This document shows positions 38,741 to 51,610 of a DNA stretch of 64,000 nt, piece after piece (position 1 is the first letter of the stretch; the number at the start of each line of letters is the position of its first letter). The position numbers and the translations under genes were made by a program. Source of the stretch: Paraspadella gotoi. Lineage: Eukaryota > Animalia > Chaetognatha. The notes under the pieces were generated by a model. The model worked only from the letters and a program-made list of their open reading frames with translations. It searched no databases and was not told where the DNA came from. The stretch spans positions 19,909,590 to 19,973,589 of the forward strand of contig CM119264.1 in assembly GCA_051294375.1 (NCBI GenBank). Direction: 5' to 3'.

Positions 38741-39010
38741 CTCATCTATTGAGCTTACATGGTATTAAGTCAAAATCTCCAGAATCTGTATTCATTATAC
38801 CAGATTATGGTTTTCCTGAAATAAGAGAAGAGACAACATTAGAAAAATTAGAAGAAACACCAAGTGAAGTCAAACAAAATCAAAACTCATCAATGATTAC
38901 TCCAGTACCAAAGTGGGAGGAAATTAAAAAAACAAATGAAAAGACTGAAGAAAAAGATGAAAAAAATAAAAAACTTATAGTAGCAGATCAGAAAAAAAAA
39001 TCTCCAAAAG
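38741..39010 (+). CDS. Chimeric exon C2
   Basis: AG/GT boundaries, 270 nt, open. Confidence 0.87.
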
Positions 39011-40577
39011 GTAAAAGAGCTCTTTTAAATTAAAACTATCATTTTTCTCTAAAAAATATATACATGTTTCTTATTGAAATGATTTTTAAAATGGTTTAAT
39101 TTATATTTAGATAATTTTTTTTATATCTGGTACACGGTAGGGCAGAAGGGATGTGAAAGAAACAAAAAAGTGCCATCTCTGAAACCTATAAAATCTTAAA
39201 GTATACCTATGAGACATTTAATGTGGTAGGTCAGTAGAATTCGACAAAGGCAGGATTTTTTTTTAAATGATAATTAAAGTTTTTGAAATTTTTTTATAAA
39301 AATTTTTAAGTAGTTTAGTGAATATGCTTAAAATTTGAATATCTATATGTCTATCATTATCTACAAAGCATAAGCTTTAATATGAAACCTTTCCCAACTT
39401 TCTATTACTTTTTGTTATTGAAATATAAGTAAAAATTAGAATTTTTTTTCAAAAAGATTAATCAATTAGTACCTTTAAACAGATTATTTCTAAAAAATAA
39501 AGATACAAATAAATATGTTCTCAAAATGCAGTTCTACTTATGAGGCTTCAAAATAAGTTTTTTTAAATTAATAATACTTTTAATATAAAAATATTAATGT
39601 ATATTCTAATTAAGTATTAAAAGTTAATGCATTATGTTTGTTAATATTTATACACATTTGTCATAATATATATTAAATATTGAGTAAGCTATTATTATAA
39701 TATAATTTATAAATTTTTTTTTTTAAATAATAAAATATATAATTACTTTTAAAAGCTGGATATGATTTTAAATTAAAGTGCTCAGCTAATATTTATCTGT
39801 TAGATTATTTGAGATTAAGTTTTAATTAAATATCACATATTTAAAAAAAATAAAATTAATTATCTGTATTATTTATTTTTTATAATAATTTTATATCATT
39901 TTTTTAAAAAAATGTTTTAAGGCCTAATAAGTAGAACTGCACTTTGAGAATATAATAATATAATAATATAATAACTTTAAGAAATAATCTGTTTGAAAGA
40001 ACTGATTGATTAATATTTTTTTTAAAAAATTATGATTTTTACTTATAATTCAATAATAAAAAATCGTAGAAAATTGGGAGAGGTCTCAAATTAAAGCTTA
40101 TTCTCTGTAGATAATGATAAATGTATAGACATTAAAATTGTATAATTGAAGTAAAAGTGCCCAGGTTCTAACTATAATCAAAGAGGTACAAGCTATAGGT
40201 TTTAGGTCAGAAGAGGCTGAAATCACTGAAAGCTTAGATCTGGAAACAAATATTCAGCCTGCAAGGGTATTCAGGCCACGGAGTAAGAAATCTTTTTGAC
40301 CATAAAATCAGGATGGACTTGACTTTAATAACTAAAGTTTTATTTGCAATATATTCAAATTAAATATATATACATTTATAAAATCATGTTAGCATAAAAG
40401 TTTAGATATTAATATGGTGGAAGAAGTTCATGCATTAAAAAGTAAATAAACTATTTTATTAATACTTGCCCTAACATTATAAAACCAATTTGGAAATGAA
40501 ATATTTTAATAAGTATAAAGTCGTAGATTCAAAAATCAAAATATGCCAACATTTTTTACTGAATTATTATTTTTTAG

Positions 40578-40847
40578 CTCTTCTTCAAAGCTTAGATGGT
40601 ATAACGTCCAAATCTCTGGAATATGTATCCACTATACCAGATTATGGTTTTCCAGAAATAAGAGAAGAGACAACATTAGGAAACTTAAAGAAAACACCAA
40701 GCGAAGTAAAAAATAATGAAAACTCATCAATGATTACTCCAGTACCAGAGTGGGAGGAAATTAAAAACCAAAATGAAAAGGCTGAAAAAAAGGATGAAAA
40801 ACATGAAAATATTCATGTAACAGATCATAAAAAAATATCTTCAGAAG
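40578..40847 (+). CDS. Chimeric exon C1
   Basis: AG/GT boundaries, 270 nt, open. Confidence 0.87.
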
Positions 40848-41341
40848 GTAAAAGTGCAAGATTAAAAAAAAATAATATTTTTCTATAAAAATATGTACGC
40901 ATTTCTTACTGAAATCATTTTTAAAATGGTTTAATAAATATTTAGATCAATTTTTGGTATTTCTTCAATTTCATATCCAAATTTTTTTAAAAATTCTTAA
41001 CTAAATTTAATTTCTTTTAAATAAAAAGTTTATTTATTAAGTAAAATTAAGCAATACTGCTTGAATAATTTGAAAAAGATCCCAGGTTTTAACTACAAGT
41101 GAAAAGGTACGAACTATAAGTTTTGGGTTAGAAAGGGCTATACTCACTGAAAGCTTAGATCTGGAAGCAAAGTTTCAGAATGCAAGGGTAGACTGGCTAC
41201 AGATTAAAAATTCTTGAGGACCATACAATCAGGAAGGACTTGTCACACCTCAGGGAATTTTATACAATTTTTTTTGGTTTTTGGATTCTTTTTCACTTAA
41301 ATAAGTAAAATTTTGTTCCTAAAATAATATAATATAACTAC

Positions 41342-44273
41342 TAGACCTCCCCAGTATACAAAAATTGTCTCCCAAGTTCTCACTCGGTTCGGTTTCCCGT
41401 TATTTATCAACATTAGATAAGTTTTAACTCAAATCTTGAAAAAAAATGTGACCGCGTATCAACCCAATGAAGCGTCAAAGTCAATTAGCGCAATCCTCGT
41501 ATTGTAAATTTTTTTTTCTAAAAAAATCTAATGATTTTTCCTTATTGTTAATTTTTTATTAAATAATTTGCTAAAATTTGCTAAATAATTTAAAACTAAA
41601 TTAACTATTTAAAAAGTATATTTTTTAAAACAGGGCATCTGTATAAACCGGATGTAAGGTAAAAATAACCGGAGGTAAGGGAAAAATAACCGGAAGTAGT
41701 ATTAAAATAACCTTTCCTTGAAAAAGGTACAATTTTAGACTAAGGCAATTAAAAGAACTAAAACTTAGCATTTGAAGAGCTTATGCCTACAATACAGAGA
41801 GTAGGGAGACACAGTACAGCATATATATATACATACAATATATATAATACATATATACAATATATTAAGCATAATATATAACATAAGAATTATGTTTAGA
41901 AAAAACAAAGTTTTTATTGTTTACAAACAACGATTTTTTTGTTTAAAAAATGGACATGGTTAAATTTTTTACAAGATAGACTCTCGGTTGTATAAGGTTC
42001 CTTTTTATTATTGAATTTGTATTTTGCCGCTTACGAAGTATCTAATTGATCAAGTATTTTAAATGTAGATCTCGGATTGGTCAGTCCTTTTTCACTGTTC
42101 CTTAACCAAAGTTATAAAAGAGACCTGCTTACCTAAAACTGAGGATAAATAACCAATGATTCGTTACAGTCAGTAAAAATTTTAAATGTTATATTTGCAA
42201 TTTTATGATTAAGTTTAAAGTTGACTATTTTTTAAGTTTCTCTTTTTTATGTTGAGAAATAGACTTGCTACATGATTCATGCCTCACACCCATGTTATAT
42301 CTACTACAATAAAAATTACTAAATTTATATTGAATTTTTATAGAGAAATAGCAAAGCAGAATATACTAGCTCGTTCACAGCGTTACATGTTTCAACTCTG
42401 TGGTTGCAAGAGAGAGAGAGAGAGAGAAAGAGAGATAATGGTTGTCAACAAAGAAACTAAGAAAATAAAGTAAAAGTTTTGAAATCCAAAATAGTGAAAT
42501 TGTGAATAGTTTGAGTTGCCACACTTTCTGACTGATATTAAAAATGGCGACAAAGGAGGATTCAAAAATTGTTTATTACAGTTTAATATGACCAACAAGG
42601 GAGTAAAAGCATTTGATTTGTTTGTAAACAAGCTCAAATAAAACAAAATCTTTGTTAAAAATATAAACAGTCCTAAAACCATTCAAAGTTGGAGGCAACT
42701 GCCGGACAGTGATATCGAGTTGATGCTGTTTGGATCAGGGATAAATCCTTTGGGGACCATTCTTAATACTACTCAAATGTCCATTAAGCCCGCTGCACCT
42801 GTCGAGAGCCCTCTTCTCACCTGACAGTAAGGTGGGCAGTCATCCGTTATTGCTTCTTTTGCAACAGGAGTGACGGACTCCTCTTCCTCTATCTAAAGTA
42901 TTCTTTTTGAGGGATGCCCGGTTCGTGGAGAGACGAACTAAGTTCAGTAGGGTTGACCTTGTTTTGCTTCCCTTAACCCTGTCTCTACTCCTCTTACCTC
43001 CCATCACTCTCCATTCTCTGTTCTTTGTTAAAAACCTTTATCTCTCTCTCTCTCCCTCTCTCTCTTTTTCTCTCTCTTTATCTGTTTTTTTAGTTTTGGC
43101 TGATGAAGACTCGCAACCATAGATTCGAAACATGTCTGGTGTTTGAAACAAAAAAATAAATAATAAAAACTTTTGTTTTCCTTAAATTTCAAACGCAGCG
43201 AAAAGAAAGCCAAAGTACAATTATTATTATTATTTTGAAAATTTCCTATTTTATATGGATATTATTATTCTATGATACTGTGCCCCAAACAATATGAGCA
43301 AAATATTTTTTTTATTCAACTATCATGTTATCTCACGTCTAAATAACCTTTTTTGTTTACTCAAATTTGTACTCAATTTTTTTCCCTGAAAGCTCTACTC
43401 CAATAAAGACAGCTTCTCAGTCATATGTCAATTTAAACTTAATTCCTATTATTTTTAATTATTATTTCCAATTTTTTAAATTATTATTATTACCAATAGT
43501 AGAATTAATATTATTATTTTCAATTATTTTCAATTTTTTTTTTTAAAGAACAAAAATTATAATGATCGATATTTAAATTCGTCTTTTGATCGAGGAAAAA
43601 ACTAAATTTTATAAAAATCATTGAGAATTAATAGTGTATTTCAGTTCAATTTGCTCTTTATCTAGCAAAAAAGTTAGGAAAAAAATGTTTGTGGCATTTC
43701 CATAAATTGCCTATACAAGTAATTTTTTTTTACCTGACTTAAAAAATATTACCTTTAATTTTGAATTGATTGAGGATATGGCAAAGCTTGCCCGAAACTC
43801 ATTTCCCATTGCTCGAAAAACAAAGATAAAAAATAATTAGTTAGATTATCATAATAATAAAATATAATAAAAATCTAACTTTTTGTGACATTTAAAATTA
43901 ATTTCATTAAAATTGGAACAATAAAAACATTTATAGGCTGAAAACCTTACTTCCGGTTAAGGCCACGCCCCATAATAACAAGATTTTTTTTAATTTAATA
44001 AAACAAAAATAGGAGAAGAAGCTACTGGTGTATTTTAACTAATGTTGGTAAAAAATCCTTATGTTATAACATATTAAACCTCTTTCTTTAAAAATTATTA
44101 TCATTTTGCGCTATATTTTTTTGCATCAATACTACTTTGACACTCGATTAGGTTTATTAGCAAAAACATTTTTTGCTTAAACAGGCTTTTAGAATGAATT
44201 TAAGTTAAGAAATAATGGGAAACCGGACCGAGTAAGAACTTTGTATGGGTTTTTTTGAGGCTGGGGAACTCTA
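41342..44273. mobile_element. hAT-like non-autonomous element (2.9 kb) with a nested PLE fragment (about 42690-43200)
   Basis: Imperfect TIR of about 60 bp (TAGA..TCCCCAG...AAGTTCT.ACTCGGT.CGGTTTCCC.TTATTT); 8-bp TSD ATAACTAC. Confidence 0.85.
43096..43140 (+). ncRNA. Hammerhead motif, family 1, degenerate helix I
   Basis: CTGATGA-a-gactc...gattc-GAAACATGTC. Confidence 0.65.
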
Positions 44274-44482
44274 ATAACTACAATTACCAAGCATTCTAAC
44301 ATAAAAGTTTAAAAATTATTATGGTTGAAAAAGTTTAAGCATTCAAAGGTAAACAAACTATTTTAGAAAAACTTATCTTAACATAAAACCAATTTGGAAA
44401 TGAAATATATTATTACTCAGTATCAAATCGTAGATTCACTCATCAAAATATGTCAACATTTTTACTAAATTACTCTTTTTAG

Positions 44483-44752
44483 CTCTTCCACAAAGTTTAG
44501 ATTATATTAAGTCTAAATCTCCAGAATTTGTATCCACTATACCAGATTATGGTTTGCCAGAAATAACAGAAGAGACAACATTAGGAAAATTTGAGGAAAC
44601 ACCAAGTGAAGTAAAACAAAATCAAAACTCATCAATTATTACTCCTGTACCAGAGTGGGAGGAAATTAAAAACCCAAATGAAAAGACTGAAGAAAAAGAT
44701 GAAAAAAATAAAAATCTTCTAGTAGCAGATCAAAAAAAAAAATCTCCAAAAG
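44483..44752 (+). CDS. Chimeric exon C2
   Basis: AG/GT boundaries, 270 nt, open. Confidence 0.87.
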
Positions 44753-45516
44753 GTAAAAGCGCTTTTTTAAAATATAACTATTATTTCTATCTAAAAATAT
44801 GTACATGTTTCTTATTAAAATTATTTTTAAAATGGTTTAATAAATATTTAGATATTTTTTTTATATCTGGTATATTATTACATCAATACCATATTAATAT
44901 TTTTTAGAATATTAAAAACTTAATTTGATTTTTTTTTAAATGAAAGTTTAGTTATTGTAAATTAAAAGGATTGTTTTTAAAGTAAAATTAAACCATACTG
45001 CTTTAAGAATATGTTGGAAAACACATCATAACTGAAGTAAAAGTTCCCAGGTTCTAACTATAATCAAAGAGGTATTAGCTATAGGTTCTTGGTCAGAAAA
45101 GGCTGAAGTCACTAAAAGCTTAGATCTGGGAACAAAGTTTCAGCATGCAAGGGTAGACAGGCCATAAAGTAAGAAATCTTTTTGACCATAAAATCGGGAT
45201 GGATTTATCACATCTCAGCAATTTAAAACACTTTTTTTTAGGTTTTTGAACTACTTCCACTTTATTAACTAAAGTTTTATTTGCAATATAATATAATTAA
45301 ATATAAATATATTTAAAAAATCATTATAGCATAAAAGTTCAAATATTAATATGGTAGAAGAAGTTCAGGTATTCAAAAGCAAAAAAACTATTTTAATAAT
45401 ACTTGCCCTAACATAATAAAACCAATTTGGAAATAAAATATTTTATTAATAGGTATAAAGTCTTAGATTCAATCATCAAAATATGCCAACATTTTTGACT
45501 GAATTATTATTTTCAG

Positions 45517-45774
45517 CTCTTCTTCAGAGCTTAGATGGTATAACGTCCAAATCTCTGGAATATGTATCCACTATACCAGATCATGGTTTTCAAGAAATAA
45601 TAAAAGAGACAACAGTAGAAAACTTAAAGGAAACTCCAAGTGAAGTAAAAAATAACACGATTACTCCAGTACCAGAGTGGGAGAAAATAAAAAACACAAA
45701 TGAAAAGGATGAAAGAAAGGATGAAAAACATGAAAATATTCATGTAACAGATCAGAAAAAAATATCTTCAGAAG
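45517..45774 (+). CDS. Chimeric exon C1 (12-nt in-frame deletion)
   Basis: AG/GT boundaries, 258 nt, open. Confidence 0.87.
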
Positions 45775-46218
45775 GTAAAAGTGCAAGATTAAAAAAACTA
45801 ATATTTTTCTCTCAAACATATGCACGCGTTTATTACTGAAATCATTTTTTAAATGGTTTAATAAATATTTGTATCAATTTTTTAAAAATTTTTGGTATTT
45901 TTTTAATTTCATATCAAAATTTTTAGAAAATTAATAACTAAATTTAATTTCTTTTAAATGAAAACTTTAGTTATTTAGTCAAATTAAGCCATACTGCTTG
46001 AATAATTTGTTGGCAAACACATCATTACTGAACCAAAATTTCAAATATTATTATGGTAAAAGAAGTTCATGCAGTCAAAAGTAAATAAACTATTTTAATA
46101 ATACTTGCTCTAACATAATAAAACCAATTTGGAAATGAAATATTTTATCAATAAGTAAAAAGTCGTAGATTCAATCATCAAAATATGCCAATATTTTTGA
46201 CTGAATTATTATTTTCAG

Positions 46219-46478
46219 CTCTTCTTAGAGCTTAGATGGTATACACGTCCAAATCTCAGAATATGTATCCCAGCTATAACCAGATCATGGTTTTCCAGAA
46301 ATAAGAGAAGAGACAACATTAGAAAACTTAAAGGAAACACCAAGTGAAGTAAAAAATAACATGATTACTCCAGTACCAGAGTGGGAGGAAATAAAAAACA
46401 CAAATGAAAACGCTGAAAGAAAGGATGAAAAACATGAAAATATTCATGTAACAGATCAGAAAAAAATATCTTCAGAAG
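46219..46478 (+). CDS. Chimeric exon C1 duplicate with clustered indels
   Basis: AG/GT intact; 260 nt; about six 1-bp indels in the first 65 nt relative to 45517. Confidence 0.6.
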
Positions 46479-46685
46479 GTAAAAGTGCAAGATTAAAAAT
46501 CTATTATTTTTCTCTCAAACATATGCACTGATTTCTTACTGAAATCATTTTTAAAATGGTTTAATAATTATTTGGATCAATTTTTTAAAATTTTTTGGTA
46601 TTTTTTTAATTTCATATCAAAAATTTTTAGAAAATTATTAACTAAATTTAATTTCTTTTAAATGAAAACTTTAGTTATTTAGTCA

Positions 46686-47035
46686 TTGTGGTATAATCCT
46701 TTCTTTTCGTTGTGTAATAATTAGAAAAGTTTGAAATGAATTTTCAACAACGATTTTATTTTTAATAAAAAACGGACATGTTTCGGCTTAACTACAAGTA
46801 GATTGCCACTTTGAGCTCTATCTTAACTCTTATACTTCACTATAATAATAATTGCTTAACTATCCCTCACCTCTATTTCCTTCACATTTCAAATTTCACA
46901 ATTTCATCTTCACTAACTTATTTATTCACAGAAGTTAATTGTTAACACTAATCATTAAGTTTTAAAAAATATTTATCTTTGTTGTACATTGCACAATGTA
47001 TTATTTTTCAAGTTCTCTCACTCTCTCTCTCTCCT

Positions 47036-47071
<36 letters not shown>

Positions 47072-47327
47072 ACCATTTCAATTTCTTTTGACAAACTGGC
47101 TCTATTTGTTTCACCTTAATCTGTCCTCACAATTGACCACTATCCTTTCTCAACTCTGTGTTGGAAACTTTGCCCTCTCTCTCTCTCTCTCACTCTTTCT
47201 TTATGCACATAATTTGTTTCAAATTCACTAACTTTTTTAATGCTGATGAAGGCTTGTAGTTAAGCCGAAACATGTCCGTTTTTTATTAAAAATAAAATCG
47301 TTGTTGAAAATTCATTTCAAACATTTC
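46686..47327 (+). mobile_element. Non-coding PLE-derived insertion with an inverted partial pLTR and hammerhead
   Basis: 14-bp TSD TAGTTATTTAGTCA (46672-46685, 47328-47341); about 46728-46798 is the reverse complement of about 47253-47322. Confidence 0.85.
47239..47280 (+). ncRNA. Minimal type-I hammerhead ribozyme, family 1
   Basis: aatg-CTGATGA-a-GGCTT(gtagtt)AAGCC-GAAACATGTC-cgtt; GUC cleavage triplet, palindromic ACATGT helix III. Confidence 0.85.
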
Positions 47328-47744
47328 TAGTTATTTAGTCAAATTAAGCCATACTGCTTGAATAATTTGTGGGCAAACATCATTACTGAACCAAAAGGTC
47401 CCAGGTTTTAACTGCAATTGAAGAGGTAAGAACTATAAGTTTTGGGTCAGAAAGGGCTATACTCACTGATAGCTTAGAGCAAGGACCAAAGTTTCAGCAT
47501 GCAAGGGTAGACAGGCTACAGCTTAAAAAATCTTGAGGACCATACAATCAGGAAGGACTTGTCACCTCTCACGGACTTTTATAATTTTTTTTAGGTTTTT
47601 GAACTATTTTTTACTTGAATAAGTAAAGTTTTGTTCATAAAATAAAAAAAAACAATTGCACGGTTATAAACCTTTTTTATTTAAAATAGTATATTTCATT
47701 TTATAATCTATTTCAATTTTAGCGAAAACAAAGTTTAGAGTTTG

Positions 47745-47846
47745 TACTACAACGATTTTTTATTTAATATAAACAGACATGTTTCGACTCTTGTTCGAGC
47801 CTTCATCAGTGTTTGACAGACTATCAAAAACTTTTGCAAAAGTAAA

Positions 47847-47930
<84 letters not shown>

Positions 47931-48335
47931 CTAAAGTTTCCAACAAAGTGGTGAGACAGAATAGTGGTCAGAGGTGAGGACAGGTGAAGGCAAGGACAGA
48001 TTGAGTGAGTTTTGAAAAAGAAAGTGAAATGGTCAAACAGAGAGAGAGTGAGAGAGAGAGGTAATATGATACATTTGTGTAATATACAACAAAGATGTAA
48101 GTTTTTAAAGTGGAAATAACAATTAGCTAAATAATAAATTAAATTAATTATAGAATTTGAAATGTGAAATGAGAACAATTACATTTGTTAGGGATAGTTA
48201 AGTTAAGGAGAAGAAAGGATGAAATATAAGAGATAAGATAGAGCTCAAAATGAGCTGGCCCCCCTTGGTGGAGCAAAGGAGAGACATGGACGATCTGGTC
48301 AGGTCATTAGCGCGTCAATGGTTGAGAGGAGAGTG
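47745..48335 (-). mobile_element. PLE 3'-end fragment with (CT)n tract
   Basis: Colinear with about 2240-2790 (GAGCTCAAAATGAGCTG..., GGTCAGAG, hammerhead, tail). Confidence 0.8.
47771..47814 (-). ncRNA. Minimal type-I hammerhead ribozyme, family 1
   Basis: Reverse complement AAACA-CTGATGA-a-GGCTC(gaacaa)GAGTC-GAAACATGTC-TGTTT; perfect helix I. Confidence 0.85.
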
Positions 48336-48491
48336 GAAGAAGTTTATGCATTCAAAAGTACACAAACTATTTTAGAAAAACTTACCTTAACATAAAACTA
48401 ATTTGGAAATGAAATATATTATTACTAAGTATCAAATCGTAGATTCACTCATCAAAATATGTCAACATTTTTACTAAATTACTCTTTTTAG

Positions 48492-48762
48492 CTCTTCCAC
48501 AGAGCTTAGATGGTATTAAGTCCAAATCTCCAGAATCTGTATCCACTATACCAGATTATGGTTTTCCAGAAATAAGAGAAGAGACAACATTAAGAAAATT
48601 TGAGGAAACACCAAGTGAAGTAAAACAAAATCAAAACTCATCAGTGATTACTCCAGTACCAGAGTGGGAGGAAATTAAAAAACCCAAATAAAAAGACTGA
48701 AGAAAAAGATGAAAAAAATAAAAATCTTCTAGTAGCAGATCAAAAAAAAATATCTCCAAAAG
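48492..48762 (+). CDS. Chimeric exon C2 with one extra A in a homopolymer
   Basis: AG/GT intact; 271 nt; ATTAAAAAACCC vs ATTAAAAACCC in paralogues. Confidence 0.7.
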
Positions 48763-49072
48763 GTAAAAGCGCTTTTTTAAATTAAAATTATTATTTCTCT
48801 CTAAAAAATATGTACATTTTTCTTATTGAAATGATTTTTAAAATGGTTTAATAAATATTTAGATAATTTTATCTGGTATATTATTACATAAATACCATAT
48901 TGGTTTTTTTTAGAATATTAAAAACTTAATTTGATTTTTTTTAAATGAAAGTTTGGTTATTGTAATTTAAAAGAATTGTTTTTAAAGTAAAATTAAACCA
49001 TACTGCTTTAAGAATATGTTGGAAAACACATCATAACTGAAGTAAAAGTGCCCAGGTTCTAACTATAATCAA

Positions 49073-49683
49073 TAAGGCGTAGTAAAATTCCTAAATTTAA
49101 CTTTAATTAAAATTCTAAAAGTGAGGAACAAACAACATTATACTTATGAACATTTATGTAATAAAAAAATTTATAATAAATTTAACAATTTACGCAGTAG
49201 GCCATATTTATACTAGTACTAAACTAATAAATGTTAAAATTTCAAAACAGTTTTTTCTCAGATTTTTTTGCAGATTTGGATTCGTCATAAAAAGTTGATA
49301 AAAAGAAATATAACCTTTTTGAAAAATTCCTTCATTAAGTGGGTCAAAAATTAGAAAAAGCTATATTTTAAGCTGAAAACGAACTTTTTATATATTAAAT
49401 ATAGTTTTTTTAATTTTTAACCCACTTAATGAAAGAATTTTTAAAAATGATTTATATTTTCTTTTATCAACTTTTGACGAGGAATTCAAATCTGCAATCA
49501 AAATTAAGAAAAGCCTATTTTGAAATTTTTTGATTTTATAAGGATAGTACTATATATAAATATAGCCTACTGCGAAAATTAAAAAACATAAAATTAATTT
49601 TTTTTACAAATTAATGTTCACTGATGGTATGTTGTTCATAATTGACTTTTAGAATTTTCGTATGTAACTTTCACTACGCCTTA
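49073..49683. mobile_element. hAT-like MITE, full length
   Basis: TIR TAAGGCGTAGT; 8-bp TSD ATAATCAA; empty site visible in paralogous introns. Confidence 0.9.
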
Positions 49684-50140
49684 ATAATCAAAGAGGTATT
49701 AGCTATAGGTTCTGGGTCAGAAAAGGCTGAAGTCACTAAAATCTTAGATCTGGGAACAAAGTTTCACCATGCAAGGGTAGACAGGCCATGAGGTAAGAAA
49801 TCTTATTGACAATAAAATCAGGATAGACTTATCACCTCTCAGCAATTTAAAACACATTTTTTAGGTTTTTGAACTACTTTACCCTTTAATAACTAAAGTT
49901 TTATTTGCAATATAATATAATTAAATATAAATACATTTATAAAATCATTCTAGCATAAAAGTTCAGATATTAATATGGTGGAAGAAGTTCATGCATTTAA
50001 AAGTAAATGAACTATTTTAATAATATTTGCCCTAACATAATAAAACCAATTTGGAAAGTAAATATTTTATTAATAGGTAAAAAGTCGTAGATTCAATCAT
50101 CAAAATATGCCAACATTTTTGACTGAATTATTATTTTCAG

Positions 50141-50410
50141 CTCTTCTTCAGAGCTTAGATGGTATAACGTCCAAATCTCCGGAATATGTATCCACTATAC
50201 CAGATCATGGTTTTCCAGAAATAAGAGAAGAGACAACAATAGGAAACTTAAAGGAAACACCAAGTGAAGTAAAAAATAATAAAAACTCATCAATGATTAC
50301 TCCAGTACCAGAGTGGGAGGAAATAAAAAACACAAATGAAAAGGCTGAAAGAAAGGATGAAAAACATGAAAATATTCATGTAACAGATCAGAAAAAAATA
50401 TCTTCAGAAG
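50141..50410 (+). CDS. Chimeric exon C1
   Basis: AG/GT boundaries, 270 nt, open. Confidence 0.87.
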
Positions 50411-50668
50411 GTAAAAGTGCAAGATTAAAAAACTATTATTTTTCTTTAAAACATATGTATGCATTTCTTTCTGAAATCATTTTTTAAAAAATTGTTTATT
50501 AATATTTAGATCAATTTTTTAAAAATTTGTAGTATTTCTTAAATTTCATATCAATTTTCTTTACAAAATTCTTAACTAAATTTAATTTCTTTTAAATAAA
50601 AACTTTAGTTATTTAGTAAAATTAATCCATACTGCTTGAAAAATTTGTGGGCGAACACACTATACCAG

Positions 50669-50872
50669 ATTATGGTTTTCCAGAAAAAAGAGAAGAGACA
50701 TCATTAGGAAAATTAGAGGAAACACCAAGTGAAGTAAAACAAATTCCAAACTCATCAATAATTACTCCAGTAACAGAGTGGGAGGAAATCAAAAACCCAA
50801 ATGAAAAGATTGAAGAAAAAGATGAAAAAAATAATCTTCTTATAGAAAATAAAAAAAAAATATCTCCAAAAG
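50669..50872 (+). CDS. 5'-deleted exon C2 with a candidate cryptic acceptor
   Basis: Native acceptor deleted; ccag|AT TAT GGT gives 204 nt, phase 1-1, open. Confidence 0.55.
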
Positions 50873-51610
50873 GTAAAAGAGCTATCTTAAATTAAAACTA
50901 TTATTTCTCTCTAAAAATATGTTCATGTTTCTTATTGAAATGATTTTTAAAATGGTTCAATAAATATTTAGATAATCTTTTTATATCTGGTATATTATTA
51001 CAGAAATACCACATTTAATTTTTTTAGAATATTAAAAACTAAATTTGATTTTTTTCAATTAAAAATTTAGTTATTGTAAATTAAAAGAATTCTTTTAAAA
51101 GTAAAATTAAACCATACTGTTTAACAATTTATTGGAAAACACATCATAACAGAAGTAAAAGTTCCCAGGTTCTAACTATAATCAAAGAGGTATAAGCTAT
51201 AGGTTCTGGGTCAGAAAAGGCTGAACTCACTGAAAGCTTTGATCTGGGAAAAAAGTTTCAGCATGCAAGGGTAGACAGGCCACGGAGTAAAAAATCTTTT
51301 TGACCATAAAATTAGGATGGACTTATCACCTCTCAGAGATTTAAAACACTTTTTTTACGTTTTTGAACCACTTTCCATTTTAATAACTAAAGTTTTATTT
51401 GCAATATAATATAATTAAATATAAATACATTTATAAAATCATTTTAGCAGTTCATGTTTAGAAGTTCAAGTTCAAAAGTAAATAAACTATTTTAATAATA
51501 CTTGCCATAACATAATAAAACCAATTTGGAAATAAAATATTTATAGGTATAAAGTCGTGGATTCAATCATCAAAATATACCAACATTTTTTACTGAATTA
51601 TTATATTTAG

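Noticed and set aside
49073-49683. PIF/Harbinger assignment based on TAA/TTA ends
   Set aside because: The paralogous empty site shows an 8-bp TSD, so TAA belongs to the TIR; hAT-like is the better fit
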